Origin: Eledone cirrhosa
Lineage: Eukaryota
Length of the DNA stretch: 64,000 bases
Direction of reading: 5' to 3'
NCBI GenBank assembly: GCA_964016885.1
Contig: OZ024751.1
Location: 48,050,001-48,114,000, forward strand
The translations under genes and the position numbers were made by a program. Positions 28,300 through 42,674 of this stretch are shown one piece after another (positions within the stretch are counted from its first letter, which is position 1; each line of letters begins with the position of its first letter). The notes under the pieces were generated by a model. It was not told where the DNA came from and ran no database searches. It saw nothing but the letters and a program-made list of their open reading frames with translations.

Positions 28300-28395
<96 letters not shown>

Positions 28396-28399
28396 GTGT
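28300..28399. repeat. (TG)n microsatellite
   Basis: Directly visible. Confidence 0.97.
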
Positions 28400-28404
28400 A
28401 AAGT

Positions 28405-28669
28405 GAAATAAAGACCCCCTTCAGTCAAGTATTTCCATGGGATTTGAACCTGGAAAGTTCTCCTCCGAGGCCCAATCTGGGGGGCAAGGTTGTTTACAGA
28501 AGACCATAAGTCACCCACGATATACTACCCTCTGGTCTCCCCACCATTGATGCTTTCAAAGAGAAAAGTAAAAGCTGATACAGTTAGGCACCATGTTTAC
28601 AGCTGAGTCAAATGAAGCAACATGAAATAAAGTGTTTTGCTCAAGGACACAATACATCGCCTGGTCTGG
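28405..28669 (-). mobile_element. SINE with family A central domain and a different 3' tail
   Basis: acagctgagtcaaatgaagcaacatgaaataaagtgttttgctcaagg is the reverse complement of the family A core. The adjoining sequence differs from the other A tails. Confidence 0.65.
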
Positions 28670-28697
28670 TTATATATATACACACACAACATATATA

Positions 28698-28781
<84 letters not shown>

Positions 28782-28905
28782 TACATATACACACACTCAC
28801 GCACATATATAGATATACACACAAACTCACACACATATATAGATATACACACACACAAACATACAGATATATATATATATATGCACAAACAACACGCACG
28901 CACAC

Positions 28906-29089
28906 ACACCCAGCACACACTGTAAATGAGGTTGGTGTTAGGAAGGGCATCCAGCTGTAGAAATCAAGCCAGAATCAGTTCCCGTATGAGCAAGACATGG
29001 TCAGCCGATCAGACACTGCCCACAACAGGACAACCCGTCTAACCCATGCTAGCATGGAAGAACGAACGTAAAACAGATGATGATGATGA

Positions 29090-29093
<4 letters not shown>
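28906..29093 (+). mobile_element. SINE family A 3' half (alternative tail)
   Basis: Matches 17110-17291. Confidence 0.88.
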
Positions 29094-29166
<73 letters not shown>

Positions 29167-29459
29167 ACTAGAACATGTACCGCCAATACAGAAGGCAAAG
29201 GTGATTGGCAGCTGGCCACAGAAACCTTGACCAAATTGACCAGTGGTTATGTATGGCAGAGGTCAGAGGTTATTGTGACACAGGTCAGTGGTTACTCTGA
29301 CAGAGGAGATGGTGATGATGGTGGTGGTGGTGGTAGTGATGGTGGGCAGTGCTCTTCGGAGAAGTGTGTGTGTGTATTTGTATGTGCATGTCTGAGTATG
29401 TGTGTGTATTTGTATGTGCATGCCTGAGTATGTGTGTCTGTATGTATGTGTGCATGCAC

Positions 29460-29537
<78 letters not shown>

Positions 29538-29989
29538 TAGATGAATAACGAAAGAAATTCAATTAAAATTGAAAAATGATTAATAGATAAAATGTAGCAG
29601 ACGCAACTCCAACAGTAACAACAACATCAACAATAAAACCACTAACAACAACAATGATAGCATCACCAGCAACAACAACCACATTAGCAATAATAACAAC
29701 AGTGGCAACAATAACAGTAACAACAATAGCAACAAATAACAACAACGACAACGACAACAACAACAGTAACAACAAAGCGTTTTCTTTCTCTTGTAGACTC
29801 AGTCAATAGTTCTTTCTCCTTCATCTCATAATCCCCACCACCGCCACCTCCACCATATTGACAATATCATCATCATCATCAGCTTCATCATCCTGCAATC
29901 CAACAACCATTATACCACCACAATTATCAAACTGACAATCACGCCATCATCATCATCATCATCACTACTTCAGACTCCAGCAATCCTCA

Positions 29990-32900
29990 TCACAACCATT
30001 ACAACAGCAACAACCACCATACCACCACTATAACCACTACTACCACCACGACCATTACTATTGCTACTACAAGAACTACCACTATACCAACAACCATCAT
30101 ACCACCATTATAACCACTACTACAACCACCACTATTACTACAACAACTACTACAAGATCTAGCACTATACCACCACTATGACTACAACAAGATCTACCAC
30201 TACAACCACCACTATTACTACAACTACTACAAGATCTACCACTATACCACCACTATTACTACAACAACTACTACAAGATCTACCACTACAACCACCACTA
30301 TTACTACAACAACTACTACAAGATCTACCACTACAACCACCACTATGACTACAACAACTACTACAAGATCTACCACTACAACCACCACTATGACTACAAC
30401 AACTACTACAAGATCTACCACTACAACCACCACTATGACTACAACAACTACTACAAGATCTACCACTATACCACCACTACAACCACCACTATTACTACAA
30501 CAACTACTACAAGATCTACCACTACAACCACCACTATTACTACAACAACTACTACAAGATCTACCACTACAACCACCACTATGACTACAACAACTACTAC
30601 AAGATCTACCACCACTATTACTACAACAACTACTACTACAAGATCTACCACTATACCACCACTATTACTACAACAACTACTACAAGATCTACCACTATAC
30701 CACCACTACAACCACCACTATTACTACAACAACTACTACAAGATCTACCACTATACCACCACTACAACCACCACTATTACTACAACAAGATCTACCACTA
30801 TACCACCACTACAACCACCACTATTACTACAACAACTACTAGAAGATCTACCACTACAACCACCACTATTACTACAACAACTACTACTACAAGATCTACC
30901 ACTATACCACCACTACAACCACCACTATTACTACAACAACTACTACAAGATCTACCACTACAACCACCACTATGACTACAACAACTACTACAAGATCTAC
31001 CACCACTATTACTACAACAACTACTACTACAAGATCTACCACTATACCACCACTATTACTACAACAACTACTACAAGATCTACCACTATACCACCACTAC
31101 AACCACCACTATTACTACAACAACTACTACAAGATCTACCACTATACCACCACTACAACCACCACTATTACTACAACAAGATCTACCACTATACCACCAC
31201 TACAACCACCACTATTACTACAACAACTACTAGAAGATCTACCACTACAACCACCACTATTACTACAACAACTACTACTACAAGATCTACCACTATACCA
31301 CCACTACAACCACCACTATTACTACAACAACTACTACAAGATCTACCACTACAACCACCACTATGACTACAACAACTACTACAAGATCTACCACCACTAT
31401 TACTACAACAACTACTACTACAAGATCTACCACTATACCACCACTATTACTACAACAACTACTACAAGATCTACCACTATACCACCACTACAACCACCAC
31501 TATTACTACAACAACTACTACAAGATCTACCACTATACCACCACTACAACCACCACTATTACTACAACAAGATCTACCACTATACCACCACTACAACCAC
31601 CACTATTACTACAACAACTACTAGAAGATCTACCACTACAACCACCACTATTACTACAACAACTACTACTACAAGATCTACCACTATACCACCACTACAA
31701 CCACCACTATTACTACAACAACTACTACAAGATCTACCACTACAACCACCACTATTACTACAACAACTACTACAAGATCTACCACTACAACCACCACTAT
31801 TACTACAACAACTACTACAAGATCTACCACTATACCACCACTACAACCACCACTATTACTACAACAACTACTACAAGATCTACCACAATACCACCACTAC
31901 AACCACCACTATTACTACAAGAACTACCACTATACCACCACTACAACCACCACTATTACTACAACAACTACTACAACAAGATCTACCACTATACCACCAC
32001 TACAACCACCCCTATGACTACAACAACTACTACAAGATCTACCACTACAACCACCACTATTACTACAACAAGTACTACAACAAGATCTACCACTATACCA
32101 CCACTATGACTACAACAACTACTACAAGATCTACCACTACAACCACCACTATTACTACAACAACTACTACAACAAGATCTACCACTATACCACCACTACA
32201 AGCACCACTATGACTACAACAACTACTACAAGATCTACCACTACAACCACCACTATGACTACAACAACTACTACAAGATCTACCACTACAACCACCACTA
32301 TTACTACAACAACTACTATAAGATCTACCACTATACCACCACTACAACCACCACTATGACTACAACAACTACTACAAGATCTACCACTACAACCACCACT
32401 ATTACTACAACAACTACTACAAGATCTACCACCATACCACCACTACAACCACCACTATGACTACAACAACTACTACAAGATCTACCACTACAACCACCAC
32501 TATTACTACAACAACTACTACAAGATCTACCACCATACCACCACTACAACCACCACTATGACTACAACAACTACTACAAGATCTACCACTACAACCACCA
32601 CTATTACTACAACAACTACTACAAGATCTACCACTACAACCACCACTATTACTACAACAACTACTACAAGATCTACCACCATACCACCACTACAACCACC
32701 ACTATGACTACAACAACTACTACAAGATCTACCACTACAACCACCACTATTACTACAACTACTACAAGAACTACCACTATACCACCACTACAACCACCAC
32801 TACAAGATCTACCACTATACCAACAACCATCACCACCACTACTGTTACTACTACAACAATACCCGTTACCAACCACTACTACAAGAACTACCATGATACC

Positions 32901-33300
32901 ACCATAGCAACAATCACCATACCACAATATCATCATCATCAACACCACAACACAACACAACACACTCATCACTTTATTAATACTACTATTATTATTACTA
33001 CATTTATTACTACTACTACTACACCACCACTACCACCACTACCACCACTACTACTACACACAAGTAATATACCACCACCACAACTACCATGACTACTACA
33101 AAGGTTGGAATCACCATTACTACTACTACTACAAAGACCAATACTATCACTAGGAACACAACATTACTATTACTACTACTACTACTACTACAATCACCTA
33201 TACTACTATACTATGACTATAAACACATTTCTATGCTACTACTACTACTACTACTACTACTACTAGCATTACAATAGTAGCAACACTAATACCACTACAG
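29990..33300. repeat. ACT/ACC/ACA-based minisatellite (42-51-bp units with AAGATCT marker) with a 391-bp higher-order repeat
   Basis: caagatctaccactacaaccaccactattactacaacaactacta units. The variant TAGAAGATCT occurs at 30840, 31231 and 31622. Confidence 0.95.
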
Positions 33301-33387
33301 CCACAACAGGCTCCTACTTTTGCTCTGTGGGAGTTGGTAGTAGCTATAGAGAGAGGAGGAGGAGAAGGGAATTCCCTTGTCAGTCAA

Positions 33388-34245
33388 CACCACCATCACC
33401 ACCACCACCTCACCCACCACTATCACAGGACCACTACCTCCACTACTACTATAGCCACCATCACCACCACACCACTACAACCATCACCATCACCATCACC
33501 ACTACCTCCAAAACCATCACCACCACCACACCACTACTACAACCATCATCATCATCATCAACCACTACCTCCAAAACCATCACCACCACCACCACCATCA
33601 TCACCCCACTTTTATCAGCAATACTAATCACACAGCACCACTAGCTGTACAACCATCACCTCACCATCACCACCACCACAACATCACTACCTCTACTGCC
33701 ACCACTAACATCACCACCACCACAATCACCACATCACAACCTCTACCACCAACACCACCAACATCACCACCACCACCATCACCACCTCCACCACCAACAG
33801 CACCACCACCACCATCACCACATCACTACCTCTACCACCAACATCACCATCACCACCACCATCACCACATCACTACCTCTACCACCAACATCACCACCAC
33901 CACCACCACCTCTACCACCAACATCACCAACATCACCACCACCACCACCTCTACCACCAACATCACCATCATCACCACCACCACCATCACCACATCACTA
34001 CCTCTACCACCAACATCACCACCACCACATCACTACCACCACCACCACATCACTACCTCCACCACCAACATCACTACCACCACAACCACCACATCACTAC
34101 CTCTACCACAGCCATCACTGCCACCAACCACCAACATCACTACCTCTACCACAACCACCACCACCACATCACTACCTCTACTACCACCAACATCACCACC
34201 ACCACATCACCATCACCACCACCACCATCACTACAACTACCTCCT
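33388..34245. repeat. (CAC/CAT)n low-complexity repeat
   Basis: Directly visible. Confidence 0.92.
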
Positions 34246-34519
34246 GCATCTAAGAAACTCACCTCGATCTGCCACAAATAACAGTCAAATCTCCTTCAAA
34301 TCACACAAGGAACACACTAGAGAGTCCAATGTACCCCCAAAAGCCTAGAATCATCGCCATTGGAATGTATTTGACCAGAGGTTTGCTCAGTCAAGGTTGA
34401 CCTGGGGTTAAACAGCAACAACAACCAAGATCACCACCTTTACTACTACTATACTACCATCAGTATAGATCTCTGTTTTCCAATAACTGTACAATCACTA
34501 CTACCAACACCACACCAAC

Positions 34520-34815
34520 AAGAACCACTATGCTAGAAATAGCACCCATGTTTCACACCAATCACAACCTCTATGCAACAAGGGACCTCAATGCTAGAAA
34601 CAGCAGCCAGGTTTCACTCCAATCACAGCCTCTAAGCAACGGGAACCACTATGCTAGAAATAGTGGCCAGGTTTCACTCCAATCACAGCCGCTATGCAAC
34701 AAGGGGACCTCAATGCTAGAAATAACAGCCAGGTTTCACTCCAATCACAGCCTCTAAGCAACAGGAACCTCTATGCTAGAAATAGCAGTCAGATTTCACT
34801 CCAATCACAGCCTCT
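34520..34815. repeat. ~61-bp tandem repeat (5 copies) derived from dispersed repeat family E
   Basis: atgctagaaa at 34530, 34591, 34651, 34713 and 34773. The motif tgctagaaatagcagccaaatctc also occurs dispersed near 15592, 51584 and 57303. Confidence 0.85.
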
Positions 34816-34929
34816 TCTGTCATTAAAACGATGAGATTGTTATGGTAGGAATGCCTTTGATCATAAATCTGCACAATCAGGATTGGTGGGGTGGGATCTG
34901 GGTAAACAACAGTCAATGCCACTGCAAAC

Positions 34930-36900
34930 ACCTTCACCACCACCACCGCCACCACTACCACAACCTCACCCATTCACACAGCCACCACTACTACCTTCAC
35001 AACAACTACCACCACAACACATACAACAACCACCACAACCATTCACACAGCCACCACTACTACCTTCACAACAACTACCACCACAACACATACAACAACA
35101 ACAACCACCACAACCATTCACACAGCCACCACTACTACCTCCACCACAACTACCACCACAACACATACAACAACTACCACCACAACACATACAACAACCA
35201 CCACAACCATTCACACAGCCACCACTACTACCTCCACAACAACTACCACCACAACACATACAACAACAACCACCACAACCATTCACACAGCCACCACTAC
35301 TACCTCCACAACAACTACCACCACAACACATACAACAACAACAACCACCACAACCATTCACACAGCCACCACTACTACCTCCACAACAACTACCACCACA
35401 ACACATACAACAACAACAACAACCACTCACACAGCCACCACTACTACCACCACAACACATACAACAACAACAACCACAACCATTCACACAGCCACCACTA
35501 CTACCTCCACAACAACTACCACCACAACACATACAACAACAACCACCACAACCATTCACACAGCCACCACTACTACCTCCACAACAACTACCACCACAAC
35601 ACATACAACAACAACCACCACAACCATTCACACAGCCACCACTACTACCTCCACAACAACTACCACCACAACACATACAACAACCACCACAACCATTCAC
35701 ACAGCCACCACTACTACCACCACAACACATACAACAACAACCACCACAACCATTCACACAGCCACCACTACTACCTCCACAACAACTACCACCACAACAC
35801 ATACAACAACAACAACCACCACAACCATTCACACAGCCACCACTACTACCTCCACAACAACTACCACCACAACACATACAACAACAACCACCACAACCAT
35901 TCACACAGCCACCACTACTACCTCCACAACAACTACCACCACAACACATACAACAACAACAACCACCACAACCATTCACACAGCCACCACTACTACCTCC
36001 ACCACAACACATACAACAACAACAACCACCACAACCATTCACACAGCCACCACTACTACCTTCACAACAACTACCACCACAACACATACAACAACAACAA
36101 CCACAACCATTCATACAGCCACCACTACTACCACCACAACACATACAACAACAACCACCACAACCATTCACACAGCCACCACTACTACCTCCACAACAAC
36201 TACCACCACAACACATACAACAACAACCACCACAACCATTCACACAGCCACCACTACTACCGCCACCACAACTACCACCACAACACATACAACAACTACC
36301 ACCACAACACATACAACAACCACCACAACCATTCACACAGCCACCACTACTACCTCCACAACAACTACCACCACAACACATACAACAACAACCACCACAA
36401 CCATTCACACAGCCACCACTACTACCTCCACCACAACTACCACCACAACACATACAACAACAACCACCACAACCATTCACACAGCCACCACTACTACCTC
36501 CACAACAACTACCACCACAACACATACAACAACAACAACCACCACAACCATTCACACAACCACCACTACTACCTCCACCACAACTACCACCACAACACAT
36601 ACAACAACAACCACCACAACACATACAACAACAACCACCACAACCATTCACACAGCCACCACTACTACCTCCACCACAACTACCACCACAACACATACAA
36701 CAACAACCACCACAACACATACAACAACAACCACCACAACCATTCACACAGCCACCACTACTACCTCCACCACAACCATTCACACAGCCACCACTACTAC
36801 CTCCACCACAACTACCACCACAACACATACAACAACAACCACCACAACACATACACCACTACTACCTCCACCACAGCCACCACCACAACCATTCAAGCAA
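34930..36900. repeat. ~57-75-bp ACC/ACA-based minisatellite, unit lengths multiples of 3
   Basis: ccattcacacagccaccactactacctccacaacaactaccaccacaacacatacaac(aac)n units. Confidence 0.95.
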
Positions 36901-38478
36901 GCATTACCACCACAAGCATCGCTAGAGCCACGACAAAAATCACCACACAAAACTACAACCACCACCACAACCACTACCTCAACCATGACTACAATGAACA
37001 CCACCGCCACCTCAACCATGACTACAATGAACACCACCACCACCACCACCACCGCCACCATCACATGTGTAACAGTTATAGCTTGTTACAGCAGCTCAAG
37101 CATATCTTAGCAGTAACAGCCTGTCCTCTCATCTCCCTCCCTCCCTCTCTCATTCTCATCTGTCTCTCTTTCTCTCTCTCTTTCTTGCTCTATCTGTCTC
37201 TCTCATCTCTATTTCTACAATAACAACAACAGTAGCAGTAATCAAGAAAACAGTCAGATGATAGTAGCGGAGGTGGAGGTGGTGGTGGTGGTGGTAGTAG
37301 CAGTGGTAATAATGGTAGAAGTGGTGATAGTAGTAGTAGTAATGGTAGAAGTAGTGGTGATGGTAGTGGTAGTAGTGGTTGTGATGATGGTATGGCGATA
37401 GAAGATAAGAGTGGTGGCGGCGGCGGGGGAGGAAAGATGAGGAGAGAAGAGGAGGTGTGATAGGAGACTGCACTTGCAACAGTTCCATAGATGGATCGAT
37501 ATCAACCGAAGATTGATGACGATGGAAACATGGAAAGCGGAGAGAATTTCTCACTCACACACACACACACACACACTTGTACAGATATAACACAAACACA
37601 CACATACTCTTGCATAGCTATAACACACACACGTGTGTGTGCGTGCGTGTGTTGCGCGTATGTACGTACGTGTATGTTGCGCATATATATATATATGTGT
37701 GTGTTGCGTGTATGTGCGTACGTGTATGTTGCGTGTGTGTATATATATATATATATAAATATATAAATATATATATATATAACATTTATACGCATATATA
37801 TCCATGCACAGCATACACATACGGACATACACGTAGATGCACACATTTATACGCATATATATCCATACACACAACGTACACACACCGACAATCCAACGTA
37901 GATGCACGCAATACACATGAACTGACACGTAATACGTACGTACACATGTTCATACACCATACACACAACCGCAACGCAGAAATAAATGCGCGCGTACACA
38001 CACGTACACACACGTACACACAACTGCAAAGCACAAATAAGCACCTATACACACACATACATAATAGACGAACAGTCTTTTATTCACAGGGATGGTACAA
38101 TGGTTGATAAGGATTGTACTGTTGTGAAGGCGGTTGTTGCTGTTGGTGGTGGTGTTGGCTGCAGTGGTGGTGGTGGTGTTGGTAGTGCTGTGAAGGCGGT
38201 TATTGGTGGTGGTGGTGGTGGTGGTGTTGTTGGTGGTGTTGGTGGCTGCAGTGGTGGTGGTGTTGGCTGCAGTGGTGGTGGTGGTGTTGGTGTTGGCTGC
38301 AGTGGTGGTAGTGTTGGCTGCAGTGGTGGTGGTAGTGTTGGCATTAATGTTGTTTAGCTCCAAGTCAGCTCAGATTAAGTAGACCAATGATCAAAGACTT
38401 TCCAGCCGTGACCATCCTGTCATTAGTGGTGATAGTAAACATTTTGAAGAGTTCGAAACAGTTATATAACCACAAGAA

Positions 38479-38860
38479 AGACCAACAGACAGTTAGCAAC
38501 ATAGACAGCCCTAGAGATAGACCAATAGACAGTTAGCAACATAGACAGCTCTAGAGATAGACCAACAGACAGTTAGCAACATAGACAGCTCTAGAGATAG
38601 ACCAACAGACAGTTAGCAACATAGACAGCTCTAGAGATAGACCAACAGACAGTTAGCAACATAGACAGCTCTAGAGATAGACCAACAGACAGTTAGCAAC
38701 ATAGACAGCTCTAGAGATAGACCAACAGACAGTTAGCAACATAGACAGCCCTAGAGATAGACCAATAGACAGTTAGCAACATAGACAGCCCTAGAGATAG
38801 ACCAACAGACAGTTAGCTCTAGAGATAAACCAATAGACAGTTAAATAAATACAGACAGCT
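38479..38860. repeat. 40-bp minisatellite (~9 copies)
   Basis: agaccaacagacagttagcaacatagacagctctagagat. Confidence 0.96.
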
Positions 38861-39084
38861 AAATAAATATAATTAGTTGGAAACTAACATAACCTAGTGA
38901 ATACCCACCTACAAATATATATATATATAATTTGATCAATACAAATTCCAACAGTTACAAAGAGAAAGGTCATTAGTGTTGATTAGAAATCCTTTCAAAG
39001 AAATGGGAGACAACAATGAGATCCAAATTGATTATTATATTAAATGGAGGAATGCAGTGGGGAGTGAATCTTATCTTAGACAAC

Positions 39085-39122
39085 TCAAGACAGGTTTCAG
39101 CCATATTATGCCTCCTCATTGA
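39085..39122 (-). ncRNA. Degenerate minimal hammerhead ribozyme-like motif
   Basis: Minus strand reads TCAA-TGAGGA-GGC-ATAATATG-GCT-GAAA-CCTG-TC-TTGA: stems I-III and a GUC site are present, core C3 is missing. It runs about 155 nt into (TA)n near 38928. Confidence 0.5.
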
Positions 39123-39169
39123 AACCTAGTCTTAACCATACTTAGCTGGCCTCACAATGTCTGAGTCTA

Positions 39170-39790
39170 CAATGCTGGGATTTTTATCTTAACTTGGTGG
39201 ATAACTGTTTTACAGATGGTTGATCTGGGTGGGATATTTGGGAGAAATTGATCCAGATACCCTTTACAGATGGTTGATCTGGGTGGGATATTTGGGAGAA
39301 ATTGATCCAGATACCCTTTACAGATGGTTGATCTGGGTGGGATATTTGGGAGAAATTGATCCAGATACCCTTTACAGATGGTTGATCTGGGTGGGATATT
39401 TGGGAGAAATTGATCCAGATACCCTTTACAGATGGTTGATCTGGGGGAGGGGGATGTTTGGGAGAAATTGATCCAGATAACCTTTACAGATGGTTGATCT
39501 GAATGGGATGTTTGGGAGAAAAGGATCCAGATACTCTTTACAGGTGGTTGATATGGAGGAAGTTTGAGAGAAACGAATCCAAAATACCCTTGGGATTGGA
39601 CAGAATCTAGCAGTCCTCTGGATGTGTTTCTCTCTCTTGTATGCCAAAGGTCGAGAATATTCCTCATATTCATGATGACATTGTTCCAAAGAGTGGGGCA
39701 ATGGATTTTCAGAATCATTAGAGCATTGAACAGACAACTGCATCTCTACTTCATCAGCCACTTTTGGCATGCAATTTCATGCATTAAAAT
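39170..39790 (-). mobile_element. Decayed CR1-like LINE ORF2 C-terminus containing a 54-bp tandem expansion (39208-39560)
   Basis: Minus frames give KIHCPTLWNNV..NMRNI and KGYLDQFLPNIP / DQPSVK, resembling recalled CR1-type GPxLWNxLP..IRN and FKxxLDxFLxxIPDQP. The 54-bp unit occurs about 6 times. Confidence 0.6.
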
Positions 39791-40100
39791 AGGATTGCTC
39801 TTTTTCTACTCTGTAGTAAGTATTGACGCTAGTAGTCTAGTTTGAAAACACCCTCCTTCCTCCCTACCTACCTCCCAGCAGTCTTACAGGTCACCAGCAC
39901 TGCCTGGGGCTAAATAACAGCAATAACCTCAACATTTATATATCTATATATTATATAATATATATAGACATTGTAGAAATTCAGTGTAGCCATATAAAGG
40001 AGTCACATGTGTTTACATCTACAAAACCATTGGTAATGCAGAAATAATTCAACCTGTCAATATAAATACTATACATACATATACTCTCTCTCACACACGC

Positions 40101-40135
<35 letters not shown>

Positions 40136-40144
40136 TACACACAT

Positions 40145-40177
<33 letters not shown>

Positions 40178-40449
40178 GTTGAAAATGAATTAACACAGGA
40201 AGCAATTGTACAGTTATATTAGGCTCACGCTTGGTGGAATATATATATATATATATATATGTACAATATATGCATACTTACACACTTACACACACAGATA
40301 TATATGCATAGATACGTACATAATTACATGTACGTACACACACACATATATATATATATATATACATACATGCTTATATATGTAACGTCTGTATATTGTG
40401 CACCGGTGTGCAGAGGAATGTTGAATTGCCATAAGAAAACGCTGGAAAT

Positions 40450-40532
<83 letters not shown>

Positions 40533-40679
40533 CACTCTCACTCATACTCAATTCCTCCCTTTCTTTCACTCACTCCTTGCACACATCTATACTCTCATTC
40601 TTTCTCTCACTCACTAAGGGCGGAGTGGTGGTGGTGGTGCATGTGTGTGTGTGGGGGGGGGGGGGGTTATAAACCTACA

Positions 40680-40722
<43 letters not shown>

Positions 40723-41094
40723 TCAGAGGGTCAGATATCTCTTACTCAATCTCTCCCATACTTTCACTCCCACACTCAGAGTACAGGGGAGGGGTCACAA
40801 ACCTATACTCTCATTCTCTCACTCACTCACTCAGTCCCAGAGTACAAGGGGGTGGGGGTCACAAACCTATACTCTCATTCTCTCAGTCACTCGAAAGTCC
40901 ACATACCTACACTCCCACTCACAGGCTCAAACCTTCCATACATACATATCTTTAAGATGGTATCATAGCATGAGCTGTCAATGGTGTTGACTAAATAAAC
41001 AAGGATGGGCTATGTACATATCAGTGTTAATCAAATTTGTGTGTGTTTTGTTGGAATTACCAAATGATGAAAATCACATGATTATATTCTTTCA

Positions 41095-41315
41095 CTGGCT
41101 TCAGACACGAAGCTGTGGCCATGCTGGGGCAGCACCTTAATTTAGTCAATCATATTTGACCCTGGGACTTATTTCTTTCAAGTCTGGTACTTATTTTATC
41201 AATCTTAATTTCTGCTAAACTGCTAGGTTATAGGACTGACACAAATACACACACACACACACACACACACACCACATCACATCACATCACATACAATGGT
41301 GTTCTGCAGTTTCTA
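41095..41315 (-). mobile_element. Old SINE (family C), leading into a SINE-derived array
   Basis: ggccatgctggggcagcacc..tttagtc..gacttatt..ctggtacttattttatc shares the gataaaataagtaccag core in reverse orientation, with an internal (CA)n. Confidence 0.6.
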
Positions 41316-42240
41316 TTGGTCAACAGAAGGCTATAGTTTATGACATATCATACCCAAGATGAGATATTGGTCAATAGGTGGCTATAGTTTATGACACATC
41401 ATACCCAAGGTGAGGTATTGGTCAATAGGTGGCTATAGTTTATGACATCATACCCAAGATGAGATATTGGTCAATAGGTGGCTATAGTTTATGACACATC
41501 ATACCCAAGGTGAGGTATTGGTCAATAGGTGGCTATAGTTTATGACACATCATACCCAAGATGAGATATTGGTCAATAGGTGGCTATAGTTTATGACACA
41601 TCATACCCAAGGTGAGGTATTGGTCAATAGGTGGCTATAGTTTATGACACATCATACCCAAGGTGAGGTATTGGTCAATAGGTGGCTATAGTTTAAGACA
41701 TCATACCCAAGATGAGATATTGGTCAATAGGTGGCTATAGTTTATGACACATCATACCCAAGATGAGATATTGGTCAATAGGTGGCTATAGTTCATGACA
41801 CATCATACCCCAGGTGAGGTATTGGTCAATAGGTGGCTATAGTTTAAGACATCATACCCAAGATGAGATATTGGTCAATAGGTGGCTATAGTTTATGACA
41901 CATCATACCCAAGATGAGATATTGGTCAATAGGTGGCTATAGTTTATGACACATCATACCCAAGGTGAGGTATTGGGCAATAGGTGGCTATAGTTTATGA
42001 CACATCATACCCAAGGTGAGATATTGGTCAATAGGTGGCTATAGTTTATGACACATCATACCCCAGGTGAGGTATTGGTCAATAGGTGGCTATAGTTTAT
42101 GACACATCATACCCAAGATGAGATATTGGTCAATAGGTGGCTATAGTTCATGACACAGGTGAGGTATTGGTCAATGGGTGGCTATAATTTAAGACACATC
42201 ATACCCCAGGTGAGGTATTGGTCAGAAGATGGCTATAGTT
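41315..42240. repeat. 49/51-bp minisatellite (~18 copies) derived from SINE C sequence
   Basis: Unit tattggtcaataggtggctatagtttatgacacatcatacccaaggtgagg aligns with the reverse complement of about 16244-16291. Confidence 0.93.
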
Positions 42241-42288
42241 GACAACATCATCACCACCAAAAGCACCATTAATGTGGTTATGTAGATT

Positions 42289-42674
42289 TAAACCTTTTGA
42301 TAACAAACCATCTTATCCTGGGACCAACTCCAGTTTTCTATATAACAAGAATCCTTCCATTTTGGAATAGACAGACCTTACCAAGACTAAATTTACAATG
42401 AAACATTTAAATTTCAAACAATCGCTTAACCCCAAGAATTGCTGGACAGATTTTTATGGGCAAAACCAGCCGGCAGGAGACCCAGGGGTAGACCCCAAAC
42501 AAGATAGTTGGGTAACATCCATGGACTTGGCTGATCTCGCTTTGGGATCCAGCTGGATCATTTGGAGACGTTTGCTTCTGACAGAACCCACTGGAAGGGG
42601 TTATGTTCAAAATTAATTAAGACACACACTCAAGCTCTGTATTTAATTAGATATCTGATGAAGAATGGGTTAAT
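42289..42674 (-). mobile_element. Old family F MITE with a probable nested TTAA-type insert (about 42430-42600)
   Basis: ttaaaccttttgataacaa ... aatgggttaa ends. The internal GC-richer block is bounded by TTAA|CCCC ... GGGG|TTAT. Confidence 0.5.

Noticed and set aside
29781-29831. Strong plus-strand acceptor tttctttctcttgtag
   Set aside because: Followed only by a short frame to a stop or by low-complexity repeat, with no donor. Insufficient to call an exon.
37156-37554. His/Tyr-rich ORF and GC-richer unique patch
   Set aside because: Mostly (GGT/AGT)n low complexity, with no recognisable domain or convincing splice sites.
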